Source: Pirellulales bacterium
GTDB lineage: Bacteria; Planctomycetota; Planctomycetia; Pirellulales; JAICIG01
Length of the DNA stretch: 64,000 nucleotides
Direction: 5' to 3'
NCBI GenBank assembly: GCA_963786255.1
Contig: CAWAYY010000021.1
Location: forward strand, 3,840 to 67,839
Below are positions 43,118-51,484 of this stretch, one piece after another. The position numbers and the translations under genes were made by a program. Within the stretch, counting starts at the first letter, position 1. Each line of letters opens with the position of its first letter. The notes below the pieces were generated by a model. That model searched no databases and was not told the origin of the DNA. It saw only the letters and a list, made by a program, of their open reading frames with translations.

Positions 43118-43886
43118 GGTTCACGTGGTTCACGCTGACGGTGATGGAGTCGTCGGCGGTCAGGCCCGCGGCATCCTTGGCCTGCAAATCGATGTGCGCC
43201 GTGCCGTACTGATCGGACTTGAGGTGCAGCGTGAGCATGCCATTGGCCAAGGTGGCGTCGAGCAAGTCGGGGTTGTCGTTGCCTGCCACGGACAACGTCA
43301 ATTGATCTCCGTAAATAATATCAACGTCGTCGAAGACGTTGGCCACGTTGAACACCAGGTCGGCGGCGTTTTCGTTGAGAGTCTTGGCAGCGACCGGCGC
43401 GGCGGGGTAGGGAGCATGGTTCACCGGCGAAAGCGTGATCTGGAAGTTCTGCGTCGCCGACGTGTCGACGCCGCCATGGGCCGTGCCGCCGTCGTCGTGC
43501 AACTTGACCGTAACGTTCGTCGTGCCCCGTTTGTTCAAGGCGGGCGTGAACGTCAGGTTGCCGTTGGCGTCGATGGCCGGCTGCACCGAGAACAGGCTTG
43601 GATCAGCAGCCGTAACGATGAAGTTCACCGTCTGGCTCGCCTGCTCGCTGGTCGTGCCCGCGTTGATGTCCGTGGCCCAGTTATTCACCGTATCCGTCGA
43701 GGAATCTTCATTAACAACGACGTTGTCCCCGGCCGTGAAACTCGGCGCGTGATTGACCAGGTTGACGGTGATGGTGAAAGTCTTGGTCGTCGTCTCGACG
43801 CCGCCGTTGGCCGTACCGCCGCCGTCATTTACTGTTACGGAGACGGTGGCCGTTCCGCTCATGTCGGTCGCCGGCGTGTACGTCAA
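42939..43886 (-). CDS. giant exoprotein 1, segment 15 of 16 (repeat units plus divergent DDVD-containing cadherin-like unit)
   Basis: VNLVNHAPSFTAGDNVVVNED..., SPVNHAPYPAAPVAAKTLNENAADLVFNVANVFDDVDIIYGDQLTLSVAGNDNPDLLDATLANGMLTLHL. The tail after VNHVNH (AAQLYGRLRS...) is out of frame, caused by an extra base at 43116. Confidence 0.8.
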   Translation of the reverse strand: MTYTPATDMSGTATVSVTVNDGGGTANGGVETTTKTFTITVNLVNHAPSFTAGDNVVVNEDSSTDTVNNWATDINAGTTSEQASQTVNFIVTAADPSLFSVQPAIDANGNLTFTPALNKRGTTNVTVKLHDDGGTAHGGVDTSATQNFQITLSPVNHAPYPAAPVAAKTLNENAADLVFNVANVFDDVDIIYGDQLTLSVAGNDNPDLLDATLANGMLTLHLKSDQYGTAHIDLQAKDAAGLTADDSITVSVNHVNHAAQLYGRLRSAPGAGLRCANCVSLGHEYLCGADERVRGYAQLPGQQQQQRLVLGSAGD

Positions 43887-43954
43887 GGTTCCCGTCGGGT
43901 CGATCGAGGGCTGGGCTGAGAACAGGCCCTGATTGTCGCTGGAGGCGGTGATCG

Positions 43955-44611
43955 TCAGAGTTTGCGCCGGATCGAAAGGCCCTTCGGTGATGTTCGTAGC
44001 CCAGCCGGGGATGGTTTGCGCCCGGCGTTTTCGTTGACGGTTTGGTCCGGTCCGAGGGTGATCGTCGGCGCGTGATTGACGAAGTTGACCGAGATCACGA
44101 AGGTCTGCGTATAGACGTCGACGCCGCCGTTGGCCGTGCCGCCGTTGTCGTGCAATACCACCGTCACGGTTGCCTGGCCGTAGGCATGGTCGGCCGGCGT
44201 GTACGTCAACGTTCCCGTGCTCGCGTCGATCGCCGGCGCGGCGGCGAACAAGCTGGGGTTGTCGGTCGTCACCGTGAAGTTGAGGATCTGGCCCGACTCG
44301 TTGGGCCCGTCGCTGATATTCGTCGCCCAGTTGGCCACGCTTTGCGGCCCCGCGTCCTCGTTGACGGTCTGATTGCCGCCGGGGGTGAAGCTCGGGGCGT
44401 CGTTGACCGGCGTGACGGTGATGGTGAACTGGTACGTTCCCGAAACGTCGACGCCGCCATTGGCCGTGCCGCCGTTGTCGTGCAACTGGACGGTGACGGT
44501 GGCGCTGCCGTTCGCGTTGGCTGCCGGCGTGTAGGTCAGCGTGCCGGACGAATCGATCGTCGGTTGCACGGAGAACAAGCCGTTATTGTTGTTGCTGACC
44601 AGGAAGTCCAC
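43955..44611 (-). CDS. giant exoprotein 1, segment 14 of 16 (two ~110-aa repeats)
   Basis: DFLVSNNNNGLFSVQPTIDSSGTLTYTPAANANGSATVTVQLHDNGGTANGG...VNDAPSFTPGGNQ...VNHAPTITLGPDQ. The break to segment 15 lies in a G3/C3 run near 44021. Confidence 0.8.
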   Translation of the reverse strand: MDFLVSNNNNGLFSVQPTIDSSGTLTYTPAANANGSATVTVQLHDNGGTANGGVDVSGTYQFTITVTPVNDAPSFTPGGNQTVNEDAGPQSVANWATNISDGPNESGQILNFTVTTDNPSLFAAAPAIDASTGTLTYTPADHAYGQATVTVVLHDNGGTANGGVDVYTQTFVISVNFVNHAPTITLGPDQTVNENAGRKPSPAGLRTSPKGLSIRRKL

Positions 44612-44627
44612 CGTCTGGCTGGCGTCT

Positions 44628-46259
44628 TCATTGCGGGCCGGCCGTGATATTCGTCGCCCAGTGGCTGACGCTCTTGGCGCCGGCGTCTTCCAGCACGGTT
44701 TGATTGCCGCCCGGGGTAAAGCTCGGAGCGTCGTTGATCGGGGTGACGGTAATGGTGAACGTCTGCGGGGCCGAGGTATCGACGCCGCCGTTGGCCGTAC
44801 CGCCGTTGTCCTGCAGTTCCACGGTCACGTTCGCCGTGCCGAAAGCATTGGGCGCCAGCGTATAAGTCAACGTTCCCGTGTTCGGGTTGATGGCGGGCGC
44901 CACGGCGAACAGGCTGGGCTTGTCGCTGCTGACAAGGAAGTTCACCGTCTGGCCGGACTCATTATTGGGGCCGGGATTGATGTTCGCGGGCGCGGCCCAA
45001 TTGATGACGCTGTGCAGGCCGGTATCTTCGCTGGCAGTCTGATCGGCCCCGACCGTGAATGTGGGGGCATCATTGACCGGCGTGACCGTAATGGTGAAGG
45101 TCTTGGTCGTCGTATCGACGCCGCCGTTGGTCGTGCCGCCGTTGTCGTGCAGTTGGACGGTCACGGTCGCCGTGCCGTTGGCGTCCGCCGCCGGCGTATA
45201 GCTCAACTCGCCCGTGTTCACGTCAACCGTTGGCTGCGCGGAGAACAGGGCGTTGTTGTTATTGCTGACGACAAAGTTCAGCGCCTGGCCGGATTCGTTC
45301 GGACCGGCGCTGATGGCCGTCGCCCAGTTCGGCACGCTCTGCGGACCGGCGTCTTCCAGCACCGTCTGGTTGCCGGCGGTGGTGAAGCTGGGCGGCTCGT
45401 TGACCGGGTTGACCGTGATGGTGAACGTTTGCGGGGCCGAGGTATCGACGCCGCCGTTGGCCGTGCCGCCGTTGTCGTGCATGATCACCGTGACGGTCGC
45501 CGAACCGCTGACGAAAGCCTGCGCCCGATAGGTCAGAATGCCGTTCGGGTCGATCGTCGGCTGCTCGGAGAACAGGCCGTTATTATCGTTCGTAACCTCG
45601 AAGCTCACCTGTTGGCTGGCTTCGTTGAGCGGGCCGGCCTTGATGTTGGTGGCCCAGATGACGGTGATTTCCTGGCCAGAACCTTCGTTGATCAACTGGT
45701 TCCCGGCGCCGGTGAACGACGGTGCATCGTTGACCGGGTTGACGGTGATGGTGAAGGTTTGGACGGCCGAGGTATCGATGCCGCCGTTGGCCGTGCCGCC
45801 GTCGTCGTGCAGCCGCACGCTCACGGTCGCCGTGCCAAAGGCGTTCGGCGCCGGCGTGTAGGTCAGATTGCCCGACGGATCAATCGCCGGTTGCGAGGAG
45901 AACAGCGAGTTGTTGGTGTTGGCGACCAGGAAATTCAGCGTCTGGCCGCTTTCGTTCGCCGGGCCCTTGCTGATAGTCGAGGCCCAGCCGGAGACGGTTT
46001 GCGCTCCCGCGTCTTCGTTGACGGTCTGGTTCCCGCCGGCCGTGAAGCTGGGGACGTCGTTGACTGAGCGGACCGTGATGGTAAAGGTCTGCACGGCCGA
46101 AGTATCCTGGCCGCCGAAGGCCGTGCCGCCGTCGTCGTGCAGTTGCACGCTCACGGTCGCCGTGCCGTTGGCGTCGGTCGCCGGCTGGTACGTCAACGCG
46201 CCGGTAATCGGATCGATCGCCGGCAGCGTGGCAAACAACGAGTCGTTGTTCGTCGTCAC
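44628..46259 (-). CDS. giant exoprotein 1, segment 13 of 16 (five ~110-aa repeats)
   Basis: VNDVPSFTAGGNQ, VNDAPSFTGAGNQ, VNEPPSFTTAGNQ, VNDAPTFTVGADQ and INDAPSFTPGGNQ junctions. The frame is open upstream to about 46390. The break to segment 14 is near 44633. Confidence 0.85.
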   Translation of the reverse strand: MTTNNDSLFATLPAIDPITGALTYQPATDANGTATVSVQLHDDGGTAFGGQDTSAVQTFTITVRSVNDVPSFTAGGNQTVNEDAGAQTVSGWASTISKGPANESGQTLNFLVANTNNSLFSSQPAIDPSGNLTYTPAPNAFGTATVSVRLHDDGGTANGGIDTSAVQTFTITVNPVNDAPSFTGAGNQLINEGSGQEITVIWATNIKAGPLNEASQQVSFEVTNDNNGLFSEQPTIDPNGILTYRAQAFVSGSATVTVIMHDNGGTANGGVDTSAPQTFTITVNPVNEPPSFTTAGNQTVLEDAGPQSVPNWATAISAGPNESGQALNFVVSNNNNALFSAQPTVDVNTGELSYTPAADANGTATVTVQLHDNGGTTNGGVDTTTKTFTITVTPVNDAPTFTVGADQTASEDTGLHSVINWAAPANINPGPNNESGQTVNFLVSSDKPSLFAVAPAINPNTGTLTYTLAPNAFGTANVTVELQDNGGTANGGVDTSAPQTFTITVTPINDAPSFTPGGNQTVLEDAGAKSVSHWATNITAGPQ

Positions 46260-46350
46260 GATGAAATTGAGCTGCTCGGTCGCCTCGACGGGGCCGGGAC
46301 CCGGAGTGATGTTCGTCGCCCAACTGGAGACGGTTTGTGCGGCCGCGTCT

Positions 46351-49300
46351 TCATTGACCGCCTGGTTCGGGCCCGCGGTAAAGCTGGGCGGCGTGGTTGA
46401 CGAAATTGAGCGTGATCTTGAAGGTTTGCGGCGTCGAGACGTTCACGCCGCCCAAGGCCGTGCCGCCGTTGTCCTGCAGCGTGACGGTCACATAGGCCAC
46501 GCCGCTGGCGTTGAGCGCCGGCGTATAGGTCAACGTGCCGGTCCCGGCGTCGATGCTGGGCTGCACCGCAAACAAGCTCGGCTGGTCGACCGCTACCAGG
46601 AAAATCAGCGTCTGGCCCGCTTCGTTGGGACCGGGGCTGATGGCCGTCGCCCAGTTGGCGACCGTTTGCGCCGGCGAGTTTTCGTCGACGGCCTGATCGG
46701 GGCCGGGCGTGAACGACGGCGGGTCGTTGACCGCATTGACGGTGATGGTGAAGGTCTGGGCGGCCGAAGTATCGACGCCGCCCAAGGCCGTGCCGCCGTC
46801 GTCGTGCAGGTAGACCGTGACGGTCGCCGAGCCATAAGCGTTGGCCGCCGGCGTATAGGTCAGGTTTCCGGAGGCGTCGATCGCAGGCTGCGCGGAGAAC
46901 AGCGAGTTGTTGTCGTTGCTGACCTGGAAATCCACTGTCTGCGCACCTTCGCCCGGGCCGGGGCTGATGGTCGTGGCCCAGGCGTTGACGGTCTGCAGAC
47001 CGGCGTCTTCGTTGACCGTTTGATTGGCGCCGACGGTGAAGCTCGGCGGGTCGTTGACCGCATTGACCGTGATGGTAAACGTCTGCTGTCCTGAAGCGTC
47101 GACGCCGCCCAAGGCCGTGCCGCCGTTGTCGAACAGCTCGATCGTGACCGTTGCAGAACCGTTGATGTTGGCCGCGGGCGTGTACGTCAACGTTCCCGTC
47201 GCCGGGTCGACTACCGGTCCGGCGGCGAACAAAGCGGGATTGTCGCTGCTGATCACGAAGTTCAGCGTCTGGCTCGCCTCATTGGGGCCGGCGCTGATGG
47301 CCGTGGCCCAGCCGGTGACGGTCTGCGGGCCGGCGTCTTCATTGACGGTTTGATCGGCGCCCTCGGTGAAGCTCGGGGCGTCGTTGACGGCGCTGACGGC
47401 AATGACGAAGGTCTGCGCGGCCGACGTGTCGAGTCCGCCGTAGGCCGTGCCGCCGTCGTCGTGCAGATAGACCGTGACGGTCGCCGAGCCGTAGGCGTTG
47501 GCCGCCGGCGTATAGGTCAGGTTTCCGGAGGCGTCGATCGCCGGCTGTGCAAAGAACAACGCGTTATTGTCGTTGTTGACCAGGAAGTTCAGCGTCTGGC
47601 CGGCCTCGTCCGTGGGGCCGGGGCTGAGGCTGGTCGCCCAGGCGTTGACGGTTTGCGGCCCGGCGTCCTCGTTGACGGTCTGATTCGGCCCTGCAGTGAA
47701 GCTCGGGGCGTCGTTAACGGCGTTGACGGTGATGGTGAAGGTCTGCGTCGGCGAGGTGTCGACGCCGCCCAGGGCCGTGCCGCCGTTGTCGTGCAGGTAG
47801 ACCGTGACCGTCGTCGAGCCGTTGGCGTTCGGGGCGGGCGTATAGGTCAACGTCCCCGAGGCGTCGATGGCCGGCTGTACGGAGAACAGCGGGTTGTTGT
47901 CGTCGCTGACCATAAACGTCAGCGTCTGGCTGGCTTCGTTGGGTCCCGCGGTGACGTTCGTCGCCCAGCCGGTTACCGTCTGCGGCCCGGCGTCTTCGTT
48001 TACGGTTTGGTCCGCGCCCTCGGTGAAGCTCGGGGCGTCGTTGATCGCATTGACGGTGATGGTAAAGGTCTGAGCGGCCGAGGTATCGACGCCGCCGTTG
48101 GCCGTACCGCCGTTGTCGTGCAATTGCACGGTTACCGTCGCCACGCCGTAAGCGTTGGCTGCGGGAGTAAACGTCAGGTCGCCGGTTACGGGATCGATCG
48201 CCGGGCCGGCTGAGAACAAGCCGGCGTTATCGCTGCTGATCAGGAAATCGACCGTCTGGGCCGCTTCGTTCGGTCCCGGGCTGATGCCGGTGGCCCAGGC
48301 CGATACGGTCTGCGGACCGGAGTCTTCGTTGACGGTCTGGTTGGGGCCGGCGGTGAAGCTCGGGACATCGTTGACGGCGTTGACCGTGATGGTGAAGGTC
48401 ACCGGGGCGCTCGTGTCCACGCCGCCGTTGGCCGTGCCGCCGTTGTCGTGCAGTTGCACGGTGACCGTCGTCGAACCGTAGGCGTTGGCGGCGGGGGTAT
48501 AGGTCAGGTTTCCGCTGGGATCGATGAACGGCTGCGCGGAGAACAACGCGTTGTTGTCGTTGCTGACCAGGAAGTTCAGCGTCTGGCTGCTTTCATTCGC
48601 CGGGCCCTTGCTGATGGCCGTGGCCCAATTGGAGACGACCTGCAGGCCGGCGTCTTCATTGACGGACTGGTTGCCGCCGGGCGTAAAGCTGGGGACGTCA
48701 TTGACCGCGTTGACGGTAATGGTGAACGTTTGCGGGGCCGACTTGTTGACGCCGCCATTGGTCGTGCCGCCGTCGTCTTGCAGGTAGACGGTCACCGTCG
48801 CCACGCCGTTGGCGTCGGGGGCGGGCGTGTAGGTCAGCGTTCCGGTGGCCGCATCGACGGTCGGCTGCGCGGAGAACAGCGCGTTGTTGTCGTTGCTGAC
48901 CTGGAAGATGACGGTTTGGTCGCTTTCGTTGGCGCCGGGGCTGATACCCGTCGCCCAACTGGTCGCCGTCTGCGGTCCGGCGTCTTCGTTGACGGTCTGG
49001 TTGGGGCCTTCCGTGAAGATCGGCGCGTCGTTGATGTAAACGACGGTGATCGGAATGGTGATCGAAGACGACAAGGCGGGCGTCGGCGAGTTGCCGTTGT
49101 CGTTGACCGTCACGGTAACCTGGGCCAGATCGCCCAGGTGGCTGTTAAAGTCGGCGTCTGGCGTGAAGGTCAGCCCTTCCAACGCGGCGTTGATGCCGGG
49201 CGTGGAAGTGAACGCGTCGGCCTCGCCCAGCGGCGCCGTGATGACCAGCAGGCTCGTGCCGTTGCCGTCGATGCCATTGCCGGGGACCACTCCGAGCGAA

Positions 49301-50766
49301 GCCAGTTCGGAAAGCGCGGTGGGAGAGAGGGTCAACACGCCGTGAAGGGCCTGCATCGTGAGCGTCTCGCTGCCGCCGTTGGCGTCGACGTCGAAGATCG
49401 AGAGCGCCTCGCTGGCGCCGACGAGCGTGCTGAACCCGGCGGTCCAACTGAACGTGGCGCTGTGAGGATGCGTGGCGTTGTTTTCGAACACCTTGAGCGG
49501 CGCCGCGCTGGTGCTGTTGAGTTGCACCAGTGGGGCCGAGTTGGTCGTATTGGCCAGCAGCAGCCGGAAGTGCGTCAGGCCGTCGGGGCTGTTGGCTTGC
49601 AGCAGGTTGCTCGCCCGGTCCGTGATGCCGACCGGCGTGGCGCCCGGATTGCTGGGATCGAACTGGTTGCCGTTGTCCAGGTAGACATCGTACTGGTGGC
49701 CATTCAGCCACACGCCGCTGGCGGCGACCAGGTGAATGATGTGGTTGTTATTGTCGTAATTGAAGAAGTAGTCGACGCCCGGCGTCAACAGCCGGCCGTC
49801 TTCGACCACGTCGAGCGTGTTGCCGGCGCCTGCGGCAAGCAGTGCCCCGGTGACGGTCACGGCGGCGTCCGGAGCGAAGCGGATGCGCCCGCTGGCGTTG
49901 CTTTCCACGCTCGCGGCGCCAAAACCGAGCGTTGCAGTGATCGTCTGGGCGGCGTCAGCCGCCAAGGTCGCCGTTGTGTCGCCAGCCAAGACGGTGATCG
50001 GCGTGTTCGTGTCGCCCATCGGCAGCGTGCTGGTCGTGAATTCGAACGTGGTGGTTGTTCCGTTGATGGTCACGGCGATCGTCTGACCGGAAATCGAACT
50101 TCCGGTGGCAGCCGGGCTAATCTCGACATAGGCGTACGGCAAGACGCTGGCGTCGTACACGCCGGGCCCTGCGCCGTCGTTGAGCTGGATGTTGAACTCC
50201 GACAAGCTCTGGCCGCGGACGAAGACGACGTTCGACGACGAGTTCAAATCGCTGGCGCCGTTGTCCACCGGCGACAAGAGCGCGGCCGTGAGGCCGACCG
50301 ACGGGTTGTCGACCCGTTCGACGGCGCCGCGGTCGATGAACACGTTGTTGCCCAACCCTGGGAAAGGCGAGACGTTGGGATCGGGGACGCGCAACTGGCC
50401 GTAGACGTCGACCGATGGCGCAATGATCGGCGAAGGGGCGATGCCCAGCGGCCCGGTGACCGCGGTCATCGTCGCGCGGTCCTGCAGGCTGTTGATCGAA
50501 CTGTCGATGGCCTGCGAGTATTCCTTCAAGTAGAAATTCGCCAGCCCCGGATCGGTGCCGGGCGTGATGAACAACGGATCGGTCGGCTGCAGTTGAATGT
50601 TGAAGCTGCCCAGGCCGACGTTGGAGTTGCTCGAATTGTTCTGGTAGAGGTTCTCGCCCAGGACAGGCTTGGACGGCAAGCTCTGTGACGACGCATCGAC
50701 GCGAATGCCGGTTTGCAGGTTGGCCAGGATGTTGTTCAGCATGGTCGGACTGGCGTTGTCGGCCAC
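46351..50766 (-). CDS. giant exoprotein 1, segment 12 of 16 (beta-helix end, TFEFTT module 5, Ig-like region, nine ~110-aa repeats)
   Basis: 1,471-aa ORF: NNILANLQTGIRVD..., GQTIAVTINGTTTTFEFTTSTLPMGDTNTPITV..., then from about 49040 INDAPIFTEGPNQ..., with repeats through VNFVNH. The last ~13 residues are out of frame (extra base at 46393). Confidence 0.9.
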   Translation of the reverse strand: MADNASPTMLNNILANLQTGIRVDASSQSLPSKPVLGENLYQNNSSNSNVGLGSFNIQLQPTDPLFITPGTDPGLANFYLKEYSQAIDSSINSLQDRATMTAVTGPLGIAPSPIIAPSVDVYGQLRVPDPNVSPFPGLGNNVFIDRGAVERVDNPSVGLTAALLSPVDNGASDLNSSSNVVFVRGQSLSEFNIQLNDGAGPGVYDASVLPYAYVEISPAATGSSISGQTIAVTINGTTTTFEFTTSTLPMGDTNTPITVLAGDTTATLAADAAQTITATLGFGAASVESNASGRIRFAPDAAVTVTGALLAAGAGNTLDVVEDGRLLTPGVDYFFNYDNNNHIIHLVAASGVWLNGHQYDVYLDNGNQFDPSNPGATPVGITDRASNLLQANSPDGLTHFRLLLANTTNSAPLVQLNSTSAAPLKVFENNATHPHSATFSWTAGFSTLVGASEALSIFDVDANGGSETLTMQALHGVLTLSPTALSELASLGVVPGNGIDGNGTSLLVITAPLGEADAFTSTPGINAALEGLTFTPDADFNSHLGDLAQVTVTVNDNGNSPTPALSSSITIPITVVYINDAPIFTEGPNQTVNEDAGPQTATSWATGISPGANESDQTVIFQVSNDNNALFSAQPTVDAATGTLTYTPAPDANGVATVTVYLQDDGGTTNGGVNKSAPQTFTITVNAVNDVPSFTPGGNQSVNEDAGLQVVSNWATAISKGPANESSQTLNFLVSNDNNALFSAQPFIDPSGNLTYTPAANAYGSTTVTVQLHDNGGTANGGVDTSAPVTFTITVNAVNDVPSFTAGPNQTVNEDSGPQTVSAWATGISPGPNEAAQTVDFLISSDNAGLFSAGPAIDPVTGDLTFTPAANAYGVATVTVQLHDNGGTANGGVDTSAAQTFTITVNAINDAPSFTEGADQTVNEDAGPQTVTGWATNVTAGPNEASQTLTFMVSDDNNPLFSVQPAIDASGTLTYTPAPNANGSTTVTVYLHDNGGTALGGVDTSPTQTFTITVNAVNDAPSFTAGPNQTVNEDAGPQTVNAWATSLSPGPTDEAGQTLNFLVNNDNNALFFAQPAIDASGNLTYTPAANAYGSATVTVYLHDDGGTAYGGLDTSAAQTFVIAVSAVNDAPSFTEGADQTVNEDAGPQTVTGWATAISAGPNEASQTLNFVISSDNPALFAAGPVVDPATGTLTYTPAANINGSATVTIELFDNGGTALGGVDASGQQTFTITVNAVNDPPSFTVGANQTVNEDAGLQTVNAWATTISPGPGEGAQTVDFQVSNDNNSLFSAQPAIDASGNLTYTPAANAYGSATVTVYLHDDGGTALGGVDTSAAQTFTITVNAVNDPPSFTPGPDQAVDENSPAQTVANWATAISPGPNEAGQTLIFLVAVDQPSLFAVQPSIDAGTGTLTYTPALNASGVAYVTVTLQDNGGTALGGVNVSTPQTFKITLNFVNHAAQLYRGPEPGGQ

Positions 50767-51484
50767 GTTGATGCCCGTGCCGACCGGTGCCGGCGGCGTC
50801 CGTATACCCGCCGTAGATCGTGTTATTCACGAGCCTGCCGAACGGCACGGCGGCCGACGGGCCGCTCGTGTTCGGATCGCCGGCAAAGGTGATGCCGTTG
50901 CCGCTGGCGCCCACGCCGTAGATCAGGTTGTTGATGATCGTCACGCCCGGCGCCAGGCGGGCGCTGTTGAGCGTGGGCGTGTTAACCACGGCGCCCTGGT
51001 GCGGGAAGCTGGAGTTGCTGTCGCCCGCCAGGTAGTTGGCGCCGCCGTCCAGGACCGGCACGCTAAGAACCTGTCCGCCGCCGATGACCGCGGCGCCGAG
51101 TACGGCGCCGTTTCCGCCGCCCGAGACCGAGACGATCGGCGCCGACGAGTAGCCGCTGCCGCCGTTGGTGATCGTGATGCTCACAATCTGCCCCTGGCCG
51201 TTGACGACCGCGACGCCTTGGGCGCCGCTTCCGCCGCCGCCGCTGAAGCTGACCGACGGACCGACCAACTGCCCGCGCGGCGAAGCCTCGACCAGGATGC
51301 CGCTGTTCTGCGAGTTGCTGATCTGGTTCCCTTCCAGGATCACGGCGCCTTGCGGCCGCGGCATCGTCGTGGCGCCGAAGTCGGGCGTGAACTGGTCGCT
51401 GACGCCGATATCGTACTTGATCACAAACGTGTTCTGCCCCGACAGGCCGCCGGGGCCGAAAAACGTCTGGTCGAGCGGGTTCAA
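50117..51484 (-). CDS. giant exoprotein 1, segment 11 of 16 (GSGYSSAP-type modules, beta-helix turns)
   Basis: LNPLDQTFFGPGGLSGQNTFVIKYD..., SGGGGSGAQGVAVVNGQGQIVSITITNGGSGYSSAPIVSVSGGGNGAVLGAAVIGGGQVLSVPVLDGGANY, VTIINNLIYGVGASGNGITF, LVNNTIYGG. In frame down to about 50790. The Arg/His-rich remainder is read-through. Confidence 0.8.
   Translation of the reverse strand: MNPLDQTFFGPGGLSGQNTFVIKYDIGVSDQFTPDFGATTMPRPQGAVILEGNQISNSQNSGILVEASPRGQLVGPSVSFSGGGGSGAQGVAVVNGQGQIVSITITNGGSGYSSAPIVSVSGGGNGAVLGAAVIGGGQVLSVPVLDGGANYLAGDSNSSFPHQGAVVNTPTLNSARLAPGVTIINNLIYGVGASGNGITFAGDPNTSGPSAAVPFGRLVNNTIYGGYTDAAGTGRHGHQRGRQRQSDHAEQHPGQPANRHSRRCVVTELAVQACPGREPLPEQFEQLQRRPGQLQHSTAADRSVVHHARHRSGAGEFLLEGILAGHRQFDQQPAGPRDDDRGHRAAGHRPFADHCAIGRRLRPVARPRSQRLAFPRVGQQRVHRPRRRRTGRQPVGRPHGRALVAGGQRRQRFELVVERRLRPRPELVGVQHPAQRRRRARRVRRQRLAVRLCRD

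Larger units (their letters stand above)
42800..49040 (-). repeat. tandem coding repeat array of exoprotein 1: about 18 units of ~110 aa (~330 bp) plus one divergent unit
   Basis: Counted from translations: INDAPIF, VNDVPSF x2, INDAPSF, VNDAPSF x2, VNDPPSF x2, VNH(A)PSF, VNDVPSF, VNDAPSF, VNEPPSF, VNDAPTF, INDAPSF, VNDAPSF, VNHAPTI, VNHAPSF, (VNHAPYP divergent), VNH(A)PSF. One full unit counted residue by residue is 110 aa. Confidence 0.85.

Noticed and set aside
33560-49040. Regular ~330-bp periodicity, considered as a possible CRISPR array or satellite.
   Set aside because: The units are contiguous, with no spacer/repeat alternation, and far longer than CRISPR repeats. They translate into a conserved protein domain in one frame.
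33560-49040. Naming the Ig-like units 'tandem-95 repeat'.
   Set aside because: One unit counted residue by residue is 110 aa, and the average spacing is ~330 bp, so the 95-aa label is not supported without an HMM match.
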